A DNA stretch of 64,000 nt from the human T2T-CHM13v2.0 reference genome, Homo sapiens (GCF_009914755.1 NC_060946.1); one strand, 5' to 3'; numbered from the stretch's first letter, positions 15,655-34,014 are shown. Made by a program: numbers and translations. The notes: generated by a model from the sequence alone, not told the origin.

Positions 15655-15955
15655 TTTTGTTTTGTTTTGTTTTGAGATGGAGTCTCTCTCTGTTACCAGA
15701 CTGGAGTACAGTAGCACAGTCTCTCGGCTCATGCAACCTCTGCCTCCCAGGTCCAAGTGATTCTCCTGCCTCAGCCTCCCAAGTAGCTGGGACTACAGGC
15801 ACGTGCCACCATGCCCAGTTAACTTTTGTATTTTTTTAGTAGAGATGGGGTTTCGCCATGTTGGCCAGGATGGTCCCGATCTGTTGACCTTGTGATTTGC
15901 CTGCCTCAGCCTCCCAAAGTGCTGGGATCACAGACGTGAGCCACTGTGCCCAGCC
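15655..15955 (-). mobile_element. Alu (AluSc-like)
   Basis: Full dimer with a (TTTTG)n tail. TSD CAGAATCTGGG at 15643 and 15956. Confidence 0.95.
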
Positions 15956-17527
15956 CAGAATCTGGGTTTTAACCAGATTTGCCATTATAAAATGAAATAA
16001 AACCAAAACCACCAGTCAATATCTGTAGCAGTGTTTTTGTTGGGGAGCATGCACGTTTGTTTGAGCTTATTTATATATACAGGGCTGTTTAGCTTAATAT
16101 TTAAATTGAAAATTTTTAGTATTTTTAGAATGTTTTAGATACTTTGATGAATAAATTTTGTGTTAACAAACTACTATTAAAAAAATTATAGGTTATATAT
16201 TTCTGAACACAATGGCAGATGTAAATGACAAAGTTATATTCACACAATCAGTTTTTCTTGCACAGAATTGACATTTTGTCAAAAAGTTAAAATCTTTGAA
16301 ATGTATTTTCTGTCCTCATCTTTCCCCTTTTGAGCATTTTTCCCCCTGGGTTGGTTATAAAATATTCCCTAACTTCAGGCATCTGATTAAATTTTGGGTT
16401 TTCTCCCTTCCTACAAACTCATATGGATTGGTAAAGATCTGATAGAAGACAATTGCCAAAACTCAATCAAATATGTTTTAAATTAAACTTCTCCAAGAAA
16501 ATATTCATATTAATCCTTCTTTAATTGCTGAATGAGGAATAATTGTTCACTGACCCTTAAAATCCTAAAACTTAATCAGCTCACTGGAGTGGATGAATGG
16601 ATATTTGTCCAGATGAGAATGCTTAAGATCTACTTCAAGGAGTTCATAATAGTAAAAATGTCCTTTTCTTCCATCAGAAGCTTCATCCTGGATCTTTTCA
16701 TCCTTATTTTTCTACTAGCTCTCCTTATCCAAATACACTGACTTGGAACCCCAGTTTCAGTGGTGGACTGCGTGGATTTGATTCTAAGTTATGCTATAAT
16801 GAGAAAGTAGCTTTAACCCTATTCTCATTTTCTTCACATGTAATATAGAAATCATCATCAGACAATATACAGATAGGGGCCAGTTATTTCACAGATAATA
16901 ATAGGTGAAAATGGAGAGTATGTGGGTGTAGAAATGGGAAAGTGAGTTTAAATGGTTTCAGGAGTCTGTGGAAGTTGTCTTTGGATGATTCAATGTTCTC
17001 AGGGAAGCACAACCAAAAAGACATTGAGGATTTCTGGGGAAGTGTTAGGGATTAGAGACAGGATAAGATACAAAACTAGGTAAATTAGAGAGTGAATGGA
17101 TTGGAACATATGTAGTATGATTGATTGATAGGCGGCACTCAGATTCTCAGTTTCAAGTGGGATATTTTTCAATTTGATCCATATAGCTAGTTGCTCAAAT
17201 ATATGTGGGGATTTGGTGGAAATTTGGATCTAACCACGGTTATTTTCCTGGTTAGATTCAGCAAAGTGAAAGAGAAACAAGGAAGTTGAAGTTTCCTGGG
17301 AATGGTTGGCCATGGAATTTAGGCAGGAGAACAGGAAATAGAGTACATCAAGTAGGTAAGAGTCATTGTGAATATGACAAAATAATAGTTGGGAGGTCTC
17401 AGAGAGATTGAAAAATTTTATGTCAGCGTATGAAAGGGAATGATTAAAGGAGGAGCTCAGAGAATGGGATGAATGAAATTGTGACTACAGAGAAGTTCCT
17501 ATTATAAGTAACGACGATGCTTCACTC

Positions 17528-17719
17528 AGTCCATCTGGAAGTGTGGTCCCTGTGCTAGCAGCATCAGCATCACCTGGGAACTTACTAGAACTGCATATTC
17601 TCAGGTTACACCCCCAGATCTACCAAATCTGAAATTCCAATAGCAGGTCTCAGCAATCTCTTATTGTAACACAACAGTAGGCAATTTTGAGGCACACAGT
17701 AGTTAGCACAACTGGTCTA
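17528..17719 (+). mobile_element. MER5A-like hAT-Charlie MITE
   Basis: AAGTGTGGTCCC...AGCAGCATCAGCATCACCTGGGAACTT...ATTCTCAGG core. Confidence 0.8.
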
Positions 17720-17724
17720 GGGTA

Positions 17725-18410
17725 TGTCCTATTTGGTCTTCTTCCCCGGTTCACAGTACAGAGCTCCTAAAACTTGAAATTTCCTGATAGAGATGAGAGG
17801 ACCATCCTTTACTAGTCATAAGTCCCTCTTAGCCATACCTGAGTTTATGCTATTGACATGACATGAGTGGTGGCTGGAGACCCGTATAGCTTCAGGGTGG
17901 GTGCTGGACATCGGAAACATGAAGGCATAACTAGATGGTTGAAACTGTCAGCCCTCTCCTCCATCACCTCTGAGGTGCTGGGAGGGTGATACAGTGATAT
18001 ACTTAGAGGTCATATGGCAGCTTTGTGCCCCTTTTCACCATACCTGGCCTTATGTGTCTCTTCTATTTGACAGTTCCTGATTTGTATCAGACAGTAACTG
18101 TAAGCAAAGTGCTTTCTTGGGTTCTGTGCGCCATCTTAGCAAATTATAGAACCTGGGGAAGGAATCCATGGAAGTCCTAATTTATAGACACTTTTGGTCA
18201 GGAGTATGGGAGGTTCACAACTCCTCTCTAATGGTGGGGGGAGGCAGTCTTGTGGGCCTGAACCCTGAACTTTTGGGATCTGATGCTATCTCCAGATAGA
18301 TAGTCTCAGGATTGAATTGAATTGTAGGACACCATTTGGTGTCCTGAGAGTTGAAGAATTGATTGGGGTGAGACTAAATCCACAAATTTGATCTCAGAAG
18401 TTTGAGTAGA
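17725..18410 (+). mobile_element. MER21-family LTR
   Basis: CAGAGCTCCTAAAAC, ACCTGAGTTTATGCTA, GGCAGTCTTGTGGG and GGATCTGATGCTATCTCCAG...GAATTGAATTGTAGGACACC are MER21 hallmarks. Confidence 0.8.
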
Positions 18411-19177
18411 AATAATTCTGTTGGAAAACATTATTGTTAGATCAAAGGTGTTCATAGAACTGAGAGATCAAAATGGCAAAGAGTCATCTATGATTACACA
18501 TTGTTGACATAAACTAGAATTAAGTCAAGAGTATGTCAAAGACAGTTACATTGAGCCAGGGATAAAAATAGTAAATCAATTGATTGATTAGAATTTAGTA
18601 AATGCTATTTTTTATTAAAAAAAAATCCTTAATTAATGGAGATACTTATCTCCATTTTGACTTTAAATTTATAATTTAAAAATTGCTATTTTATATATTT
18701 TCCGTAAAAGGAAATTGAAAAGCAATAGCAAAATGCTTCGATAGAAAATCTACCCTTCTTATTCCCAAGAGGAAGAATGGCCAACTACCTTAAGCACAAA
18801 GTTAGAAAAACTTTCATAATTTTTTAAGTTGTCATATTTTATAGCTTTGAACAAGTTGAATTGTTAACTAGACTGCCCAGGGAATGGAGCCATCTAATAT
18901 AATTTCCTTACTATTTAGATAAGATCTTTGTTGTTGAAAATCTTAATCATTTTTAATGATCCTGTTTTCAGAGCCTGATATTAATGATTCGTGAAACTTA
19001 TTAAATGTAGTTATGCATCTGATTTGAAAATCATGAGGGAGATTTTTGGTCAGATATGCATAGCAAATCTATGTCACTAGACATATGTCCCTGCTACCCA
19101 TGTCACAACCTTTATGTCTACTCTTGAATTAAGGTTTTGCTACGTTTTATTTTTGAGGTTTAAGAATTATTCATTTA

Positions 19178-19329
19178 GGTACTCTGGGTGCAGCGCACCA
19201 GCATGGCACATGTATACATATGTAACTAATCTGCACAATGTGCACATGTACCCTAAAACTTAAAGTATAATAATAAAAATAAAATAAAATAAAATAAAAT
19301 AAAATAAAATAAAATAAAATAAAATAAAA
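19178..19329 (+). mobile_element. Very short, young L1 (L1HS/L1PA2-like) 3'-end insertion with (TAAAA)n tail
   Basis: About 85 bp of L1 3' terminus (TGGGTGCAGCGCACCAGC...TTAAAGTATAAT). Perfect 16-bp TSD AAGAATTATTCATTTA at 19162-19177 and 19330-19345, at a TT/AAGA endonuclease site. Confidence 0.95.
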
Positions 19330-19424
19330 AAGAATTATTCATTTAACTGACGGAAAATTGTGTTTCTCTTGTTAGAATAGAGCCCAATTTATCTTTTCTA
19401 TTTTTCATGGAGACATGAAAGGAT

Positions 19425-19640
19425 GTGAATTTGGAATCAGAGAAACCTGAGTTCCACCATGCTTTCTTCCTCTTGCAAGCCATGAAATCCACAGTGGGTT
19501 AGTGGATATTACAACACCTCTGGTCCCACCTAATTAAGATGGAAAAAATAATACTAATTGAAAGAATGAATGTGATAGTGAGAAGAAATGGTATCAATAA
19601 AGTTTCTGGAACACAGTAAGTTCTAACAAATGCTAGTTCT
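19425..19640 (+). mobile_element. MIR remnant
   Basis: TTTGGAATCAGAGAAACCTGG start and CTGGAACACAGTAAGTTCTAACAAATGCTAGTT end. Confidence 0.6.
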
Positions 19641-21701
19641 TTTCTTTCATTATTCAAAATCTAAATAGAAGCCAGTTGGTAATTCCAAGATAATAGTATG
19701 AAGACAAAAAAAAAAGTTTAACTGACCTTCAACCATTGAGACCTTATCGTATAAGAAGCAAAATTAACAAATATTTTCTCCCTTCTACAAATGTACACCC
19801 TCTGAGAAAGAGAGACAGTGTTCCAATCAAGTATTCTGTGCACACATAGGAAGGGAAGAAGAATAAGAGAGAATCTTTAAAAAGACAATTTAGTTAGGCA
19901 CCCTATTTTTACAGGCAATAACATTTTATAGAACTTATGGCATACAAAATAGACCTTAAATGGACTCAGTGCTGAGAAATTTTTATAAGGGTGCTTTATT
20001 TTCTTCTATGGTAAATCTAGGAACCAATAAAATAGCTTTGATAATTCACTCATTACATTCTTTCCTAACTAAACTATTTACATTATAAATTTTGTTGATA
20101 TGCTGTGCTTTTGCATTAATAATTCTCATGTATCTCATTTGTGAATACATGAGAACTAGCTGTAAAATAAGGAAAATGTAATTTTGAAACATCTTCAAAA
20201 ACAGTTGCATAATTTAACAAATGTTTATAAATTTTCATCCTTACTCTAAAACCATAGATATCCTAAAAGTGATTGAAGGTAAAATGATTTATTTAAAGAG
20301 CTGGATTTCTCACCATGAATTATTTTATCTCCATACAATCTGTAGTAGTGTTATACAATGGTTAAGAAGAAATTACCTAAAAGTGAGAATAAAGATACAG
20401 GTTATTAACACTTCATTTTGTGGATGAGACCTGAAAAATTAAACTTTTCTTCTAGAGACAAGTTGGAGTTAGTTGTGTATATAGTGTGAATACATAGTGT
20501 CTATATTTTACTGTCATTATTTAAACAGAAGCATGTAATTTGCACTTCAAAAACCTACTACAAATTAGCTGTGTCATTTGGAAGTGTCAAAATTATCTCA
20601 TTAATGATCAGACAGGCTTTTTGCTCATTGTAATGAGATGTTCCTATAAACCAAATTTGAAAGACAAAGACAGAGTTTGGAGTCTTTAATTCTTGGTAAA
20701 ATCAGTAGCTCTATTTACAAAATACTATTTCTACTCAAGCATATTTTTATTTACAAGGCACTTCACAAATGTTGACCACAAAGATGTTTCTACCTAGCAG
20801 AAATAATTATAGTTACATATAGTTGTCTAGGAATATCTTAAACATGGGGTATTAAAATAACTTTCAAGAACAAGAAGAAATGTTATACCAGGCATTTTTG
20901 CAACTAGTGCTCTATTTCAGTGCAATATTTGTGGCAATTAAAAAACATAAATGGCTTGGATATTCAGCTAAGATATCAAAGGAAAAATATGCAAAAGCAT
21001 GATTATTTTATAAATGTTTCACATATGTGACTTGAGGTACAAAACCTCTAAGTTTAAAATTGTCTTTTTAAAAAAGAAATCAAAACAGACAAGTGGGCAA
21101 TGAGTTATGGATACTATTATAGGGTACCCTGATAAACTAGTAAGAAGAAGACTTTTGGTACTGAAAATTCCAATTAACCACATGCTTCCATCAAGGCCAT
21201 GATCACTGCCAATTTTTACTCACAAAGGCTGGAGCTAGAGTTATGTGGAATTCCATATGTATCTAAACCATAGATTTATCAATTATCACTTAAACACAAC
21301 TTGGAGGAAACTATCCAGAATTTGTAGGGCTTGGCCTTATTCTAGAGAAACATACACTGGAATAGGCAGTTGGATTTTAAATTCAGTCTTAAATCTGTTG
21401 AAAATAATGCATTTTTTTCTCAGAGATGAGATATTGTCCAACTCTCTTGACTTACTTTAGATTTGATATTATACAGTTCGAATACCATGGAGATTTACTA
21501 ATCTGAATGAACACATACCAAATTAGTCTTTGCTCCAGTCTCGAAATCTGAGATTAATTCTGGCTGCTGAAGAAATTTTCCAGGGTTAGGAGTATGCTTC
21601 AACGCTGGTGACCGGTACTACTTTCTGGTAAACTATAGATGACATGTGCCCTTTCACTGCCTAAACTCACTTTGTAGAACACCATTAAATGAAAATCATC
21701 A

Positions 21702-21988
<287 letters not shown>

Positions 21989-22015
21989 GAAAATTATCAG
22001 TGTTCAGTGACTTTT

Positions 22016-22089
22016 TTTTCATGCTGATAAACTGTTACACAGAAAAAGAAAATTTTCATGCTGATAAACTATTACACAGAAAAAGAAAT
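22016..22089. repeat. 37-bp tandem duplication
   Basis: TTTTCATGCTGATAAACT[G/A]TTACACAGAAAAAGAAA occurs twice with one mismatch. Confidence 0.9.
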
Positions 22090-22150
22090 GTATCCATTAT
22101 GGACAATTAAAAGGGCTATACAATCTCTCTCATTGTATGATTCTGGTTTA

Positions 22151-22476
<326 letters not shown>

Positions 22477-24065
22477 TAACACAAATCCTATTACTTCTGT
22501 TTTAATTTTACAAAGCCATAGGTTTTTAATCTGATAAACATTTGAGAAAGCATCCAGATAAATTTATAAATAGAAAAATAAATTCAGATACATATAATTA
22601 AGTTTATGATCTAACTAGTGGGTGGCAACTGAAAAATTTTCAAGTTCCATAAACTGAAGTGAAAGGATCACTTTCCTGAAAATATTACAAAGGCTTGATA
22701 ATTACCTGGATTGTACTAAAACCTACACAATCTAGTATATTCTATAGCAGCAATTCATAAAGACAGCTTCACTTACCATGTAGAATTTATACGTACACTA
22801 AATTTAAGGAATGCGTTACTTGTTATTGGAGTAGGATAATATCTCACAGTAGAACTGATTTGCATGAATGGCTATTAAACTATCATCGATGTAGAAATTA
22901 AACATTAAGCTATTCAGCCCCAGATGCGTGAGAGACAGAGAAAGTCTTCAAAACAGTTCAGCTATCAAATCCCTTCCTCAATAGCTCTTTGAGTCTCAAG
23001 ACAGTTTCAACCACACACAGCCTCAGAGTCTTATGGTCCAAACAACATTTGACTGCAGCTCTAAAGTAAGCAAACATTTGAAAAGAAACAATCAAAGATC
23101 TATGCCTGTAGTTATGGTCAAGGAGGTCCACCTACCGGTGGGTGAGCATGGCAAGGATAGGGACTAAGCCAAATGATGGGTTTACCAAAACAGAAACAAG
23201 AGAAGCCAGTGGAAGCAGAGTCCAGGTTATAACAGGAGCCCAGGCACTTGATGTGGGAACCCTATTTGTCTCATTTAGCAGCTAGAGTTTTAACGTCCTA
23301 TGAGGCAGAGCTAATGCTCTTCATTATTTTTTTTTGTAATTGACTGCATGGTTTAGAACTATGCCTTGAATTTAATATCTATCTGTTGAATAAATGAATT
23401 AATAATGATGAAAATCTGTCCACAGGTTATGTGCAGTACTGAAGAGCAACTTCAGCTATTGAGGTATCTATCAGAAGTCTTACTCTCTAAAAAGCCTCTG
23501 GTTAATTACTGATATAGGTTGCTGACAATTTCACTCTCATAATGTAGGGGAAGCAGGAATGTTATCTGGCCTCTTGGCTCCTCTTCCTTTGCCTTCCACA
23601 GATCTCTCTGCTGGTTCACAGAGGAACACTTTTGTGGCTCTCAGTTCATTTTGCAATTCTGCTAGAATCTCATTCCATCCTCAATTGTAACTATCTTTTC
23701 CTTCACCCAACACTTATTTATGGAGGGACAGATACCAAGAAGAAATCACACTCTCGATTACAAAGTGGGAAGACGCACCCCTTGGCCAGAAAGCCTGCCT
23801 CCTATGTTCATGATGGATATTTCTAATTGATCTCGACACTCTTTCCCATTGAGCCCATGTCCCAAATTGGCCCTGAGTTAGGGAGAGGGCTCTAGAGTGG
23901 GAAAGGTGTACCCAAAACTTCCCTAATCTGACTATCAAGACTAAAAAATTAAACTTTCAATTCAACATCCCTTGTTTCTCCAACTTGGAGTGCCTGATGG
24001 TGTGGGAAGCCCCTACTCATAAAAATTCATAGTTGAAGATTGTTGGTAATTTTGCCCAACCCCTT

Positions 24066-24519
24066 CTTTTTTTTGTTATACTTTAAGTTCTAGGGTACAT
24101 GTGCACAATGTGCAGGTTCGTTTCATATGTATACATGTGACATGTTGGTGTGCTGCACCCATTAACTCGTCATTTACATTAGGTATATATCCTAATGCTT
24201 TCCCTCCCCTAGCCCCTCACCCCACAACAAGCCTCAGTGTGTGCTGTTCCCCTTCCTGTATCCATGTGTTCTCATTGTTTAATTCCCACCTATGAGTGAG
24301 AACATGCGGCATTTGTTTTTTTGTTCTTGTGATAGTTTGCTGAGAATGATGGTTTCCAGCTTCATCCATGTCCCTACAAAGGACATGAACTCATCATTTT
24401 TTTATGGCTGCATAGTATTCCATGGTGTATATGTGTCACATTTTCTTATTCCAGTCTATCATTGTTGGACATTTGGGTTGGTTCCAAGTCTTTGCTATTG
24501 TCAGTAGTGCCTCAATAAG
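24066..24519 (-). mobile_element. 5'-truncated L1PA5-like 3' end (~450 bp)
   Basis: Antisense L1 3' UTR beginning TTATACTTTAAGTTCTAGGGTAC. Possible TSD CCTTCTTT. Confidence 0.9.
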
Positions 24520-25878
24520 CTCCTTCTTTCTTTGCCTAGTTACACCTCAAAGCAACCTCCTGGCAGGCCAGCCTTAAGCCTAGCAGTCCAACCATGCATC
24601 TAAGTTGAGTTCTCATCAGAGCCAGCTCCAATTATAAACAACTGAGATGATGCCAGAGGCCAGAATCCCTGAGAACCCAATTTACTGTCATCACCATGGC
24701 TGAAACAAGGCGTTTGGCATCTAGAAAAGCTGATCTGTAGGAGATTTCCAATAGAGTTCAATTTTTCTAAGTTTAAAGTGTACAATATCATCAAGGTCAG
24801 ACACTCGAGATAAAACTAGGCTTGCGTTTAAATATAATAAAAATATTTGAAGAATAGTAAGAGTGGTGACTACTTTTACACAGGAATGTTTTAAATAAAT
24901 TGTTTTTTTTCTTCTGCCTTTTAAATTTTTTTATTTGTCAATGAGATGCTGACATATTTTTAATGAAGCACGCCTTGTAAAATAATAAGTGAATGAAAAA
25001 TACACAGTAATATTCACATCAACAAAGCTAGAGGAAGACTGTATGTCTCAAGAGGCTCCATCATCTACCCAGTGGCCACTTGACCAAATTAAGATCCAAA
25101 TTCCAAGAAGAAAAGTAATTAAAATTTGTGTTGTATGCCTTATAAGACCAAACCTATAAAATGAGGAGAAACTTCACAATTACTTGTAATTTGCTCTGTG
25201 GAATTGTAACAGATGGATTATAAAGATGATTCCATGATAAACATCTAAATGTGCTTACTACCTTCTGTGCTTTCTTGGTTCATATTTTTATTGTTTTTTT
25301 CTTTATAAACAGATAATTCATTCTTATCTATGGCAATGCAAACTTTTCAGATGTATTGAATATGTCATAGTTTTTTCTATTGTAGGCATCTCTGAAAAAG
25401 GTATAGAAAACAAACAGAGCAAAGTCTGGTGTTGGAAAGGAGAGAGAAATAAAGCTTGTAAAGGAATGAAAATTAGAGCTTTCTGGAGATAAAAATTCTT
25501 AGAAGATACAAAAGCTAGTTACTGAATTAGATGGAGGCTCTTTTTCAGTTTTTCCAAGTTGTTCACCTCTTGAAGGCACAAATTCACAGCAGAAAAGAAG
25601 GAAAGGGTTAAAAAGAAAATACCTCGGTGTAGTGAGACAGTAATTTCATGAGGGCATTACTGAAGACTCACTTTTTCCAGCATCACTCAGCATGGTATTA
25701 TGCATGAGTGTAATGTAAAGGAAAGTGAATACGCATTCTTGGATGGGTGATCAAATCGTAATTCCAGAATATAATCAGAAGCTGATTCATTATCCTCTTG
25801 AGATTTTACAATCTTTCCATCAGGAATTAAAATTCAGAAGAGGGTAAATGTATCTAATCTTTTGAACGTTAAAAATTA

Positions 25879-26892
25879 GAGGGTGGAGCCAAGATGGCCA
25901 AATAGGAACAGCTCCAGTCTACAGGTCCCAGCGTGAGTGATGCAGAAGACCGGTGATATCTGCATTTCCAACTGAGGTACCAGGTTCATCTCACTGGGGA
26001 GTGCTGGACAGTGGGTGCAGCGCACCATGCGTGAGCCAAAGCAGGGCAAGGCATCACCTCACCTGGGAAGCACAAGGGGTCAGGGAATTCCCTTTCCTAG
26101 TCAAAGAAAGGGGTGACAGATGGCACCTGGAAAATCAGGTCACTCCCACCCTAATACTGTGCTTTTCCAACAGGTTGATCAAACGGCACACCAGGAGATT
26201 ATATCCAGCACCTGGCTTGGAGGATCCTACACCCACGGAGACTCGCTGTTTGCTAGCACAGCAGTCTGAGTTTAAACTGTAAGGTAACAGTGGGTCTTGG
26301 GGAGGGGCACCCGCCATTGCTCAGGCTTGAGTAAGTAAACAAAGCAGCCGGGAAGTTCGAACTGGGTGGAGCCCACCACAGTTCAAGGAGGCCAGCCTGC
26401 CTCTGTAGGCTCCACCTCTGGGGGTAGGGCACAGACACACAAAAGACAGCAATAACCTCTGCAGACTTAAATGTCCCTGTCTGACAGCTTTGAAGAGAGG
26501 AGTGGTTCTCCCAGCACGCAGCTTAAGATCTGAGAACGGGCAGACAACCCCCTCTAGTGGGTCCCTGACCCCCGAGTAGCCTAACTGGGAGGCACCCCCC
26601 AGTAGGCACAGACTGACACCCCGCATGGCCGGGTAACCCTCTGAGGCAAAACTTCTGGAGGAACAATCAGACAGCAGCATTTGCAGTTCACCAATGTCCA
26701 CTGTTCCGCAGCCACCACTGCTGATACCCAGGCAAATAGTGTCTGGAGTAGACCTCCAGTAAACTCCAACAGAACTGCAGCTGAGGGTCCTGACTGGTAG
26801 AAGGAAAACTAACAAACAGAAAGGACATCCACACCAAAACCCCATCTGTATGTCACCATCATCAAAGACCAAAGGTAGATAAAACCACAAAG
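25879..26892 (+). promoter_or_regulatory. L1 5' UTR internal sense/antisense promoter with YY1 site and the 129-bp segment (26636-26764)
   Basis: The YY1 motif CAAGATGGCC is intact at ~25890. The spacer between GGGTA (26631-26635) and CTCCAACAG (26764) is ~129 nt, the segment missing from L1HS. Confidence 0.8.
26135..26317 (-). pseudogene. ORF0: L1 ORF0 homolog, truncated to 60 aa
   Basis: MAGAPPQDPLLPYSLNSDCCASKQRVSVGVGSSKPG...IRVGVT* aligns with primate L1 ORF0 (MAGAPPPASLPPCSLISDCCASNQRDSVGVGPSEPG...). Kozak context gcaATGG. Confidence 0.85.
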
Positions 26893-27906
26893 ATGGGAAA
26901 AACAGAGCAGAAAAACCGGAAACTCTAAAAATCAGAGTGCCTCTCCTCCTCGAAAGGAATGCAGCTCCTCACCAGCAATGGAACAAAGCTGGACGGAGAA
27001 TGACTTTGACGAGTTGAGAGAGGAAGGCTTCAGAAGATCAAAGTACTCTGAGCTAAAGGAGGAAGTTCAAACCAATGGCAAAGAAGTTAAAAACTTTGAG
27101 AAAAAAATTAGACGAATGGATAACTAGAATAACCAATGTGGAGAAGTCCTAAAGGATCTGATGGAGCTGAAAACCATGGCATGAGAACTACATGACAAAT
27201 TCATAAGCCTCATAACCGATGTGATCAACTGTAAGAAAGGGTATCAGCGATGGAAGATGAAATGAATGAAATGAAGCATGAAGAGAAGTTTAGAGAAAAA
27301 AGAATAAAAAGAAATGAACAAAGCCTCCAAGAAATATGGGACTATGTGAAAAGACCAAATCTATGTCTATTTGGTTTACCTGAAAGTGACGGAGATAATG
27401 GAACCAAGATGGAAAACACTCTGCAGGATATTATCCAGGAGAACTTCCCCAATCTAGCAAGGCAGGCCAACATACAAATACAGGAAATACAGAGAATGCC
27501 ACAAAGATACTCCTCGAGAACAGCGACTCCAAGAAACATAATTGTCAGATTCACCACAGTTGAAACGAAGGAAAAAATTTTAAAGGCAGCCAGAGAGAAA
27601 GGTCTGGTTACCCACAAAAGGAAGCCCATCAGACTAACTGCTGATCTCTCCGTAGAAACTCTACAAGCCAGAAGAGAGTAGGGGCCAATATTCAACATTC
27701 TTAAAGGAAAGAATTTTCAACCCAGAATTTCATATCCAGCCAAACTAAGCTTCATAAATGAAGGAGAAATAATATACTCCACAGACAAGCAAATGCTGAG
27801 AGATTTTGTCACCACCAGGCCTGCCCTAAAAGAGCTCCTGAAGGAAGCACTAAACATGGAAAGGAAGAACTGGTACCAGCCACTGTAAAAACCTGCCAAA
27901 TTGTAA
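26893..27906 (+). pseudogene. L1 ORF1p, disrupted
   Basis: ATG at 26893 followed by frameshifts and stops. Residual frame MEDEMNEMKHEEKFREKRIKRNEQSLQEIWDYVKRPNL. Confidence 0.93.
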
Positions 27907-27969
27907 AGACCGTCAAGGCTAGGAAGAAACTGCATCAACTAACGAGGAAAATAACCAGCTAACATCATA

Positions 27970-31779
<3,810 letters not shown>

Positions 31780-33111
31780 ACAATGAGAAAACATGGATAC
31801 AGGAAAGGGAACATCACACACCGGGGACTGTTGTGGGGTGGGGAGAGGGGCTAAGGATAGCATTAGGAGATATACCTAATGTTAAATGACGAGTTAATGG
31901 GTGCAGCACACCAACATGGCACATGTATACATATGTAGCAAACCTGCGCTTTGTGCACATGTACCCTAAAACTTAAAGTATAATAAAAGAAAAATTAACA
32001 GGAGCCTTTTATACAGATAAATGTGATTTACATCATGATCAGCACTAAAGAGCATCACAGATTTAAACCATATTTACACAGTTAAAACAATGTAACCAAA
32101 TATGCAATATATTATGTAACATTGTACAAGATCCTTTCGAACATGCAAACTGACCTTTAAAACAATTTTGCATAAAATAACATTTTTAGGTAAGAGAAAA
32201 GACAGACATGTGGTTAGGGCAAAATATTTCTGTTCAAATTACAAAATCCTGAATGACAAATCACAGGATAGAAAAAAATTATATTGTACCTCGAATTTGA
32301 AGTCTTCAAATTTATTTAGATATGTATATCTATATGTGTTAATAGAGACTTATTAGTTTAGAACAGTTATATTTTGAAGATGTCATTCTTTAAAAAATTA
32401 TTAATATCTACAGGATTGCTGCAGATATTTTAATTTTAAACAAGTATTTTTCACTAATGTGACCAGTATTTATGTCCTATTTTATTAAACAGATATTTCA
32501 AGATTCTTTTTATTTTTAAAAATTAAGTATCACAAATGTTTCTGAAGTACTACCTTAAAAAAAATAACCCTTTCCTGGCCTTTCATATAGTTGAACATTT
32601 TCATAATGACTAAAAAGATAAAAATAAAGTAACAACCATAATTAAATTAGAATTCTACTTTTTAAATCAGATGAAATACTGTATAAAATGTCCAGAAAAT
32701 CTAGTGTTAATGAGGCTGTGCATCCTGGACATTTGATGTCTCATCTGTGGGAATGTGAACTAACCCGACCATTGTGAATAATTATTGGCTCTGTGTGTTA
32801 ACAGTCTAGAGTCCTGAAACAAGGATCTTAATTCTAAAATAAAATCCTATTCTAAGAATATACCAAGGGTTGATAATGAAGGAAGTTTCAAAGTTATAGA
32901 GAAGAACCTTCATCCTAGCATTATATATGTAATCATCCATATAAACCAGATAGTGTTGAATGAAACTGCAGAAAAACAAAGAGCCTACAGAATATGTTTC
33001 TCTTTGTGTACAACTGTAAATGTACACATCTATCCATGTAAAATTTTACATCTCAGGAGGATAAGTACTAACATGCTATAAGATAAGAAATTTTACTTTT
33101 CTACAATTTCA

Positions 33112-33230
33112 TACACACACACACACACACTCCCTCACACACACATACACACACACTGAGGATATATACACACACAAATATATATATAAACATACATATT
33201 TATATAGATACACACACACATACATATACA
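33112..33230. repeat. Compound (CA)n/(TA)n microsatellite
   Basis: Interrupted CA and TA runs directly next to the MER47 element. Confidence 0.85.
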
Positions 33231-33572
33231 CAGATGGTCAACACCTTATAATGGTTCAATTTATTTTGTTTTACTTTATGATGAAGAAAAAGTGATAGCT
33301 TTGAATACAATATAACTATTCTGCTTTTCACTTTCAGTACAATATTCAACAAATTACATAAAATATCCAATACTTTATTACAAAGTGGGTTTTGTATTCA
33401 GTGATTTTGCCCAATTGTCAGCTGATATAAGTATTCTGAGCACATTAAAGGTATGCCAGGCTAAGCTGTGATGTTCAGTAAGTTAGGTATTAAATACATT
33501 TTTACTGACTGTATTTTCAATTTATGATCAGCTTATCAAGACTTAACCCCATTGTACATTGAAAAGCATTTG
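33231..33572 (-). mobile_element. MER47A-like TcMar-Tigger MITE
   Basis: Termini CAGATGGTC.../...AGCATTTG. Internal GATTTTGCCCAA, TTCTGAGCAC and AGGCTAAGCT match MER47A in reverse. Confidence 0.85.
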
Positions 33573-33676
33573 TATTGCATTAAGCATGTTATATAATATT
33601 TTTAATTGAAATTACTGGCAACTTTTGAAAAACTTAAATGAAATAATGTGCTTTGCTATTGGTTAAAATGTTTTTG

Positions 33677-34014
<338 letters not shown>

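Noticed and set aside
22770-22780. Strong minus-strand donor ATG/GTAAGTG (a similar one lies at ~57052-57060)
   Set aside because: No convincing matching acceptor with a pyrimidine tract. Isolated donor motifs are expected by chance.
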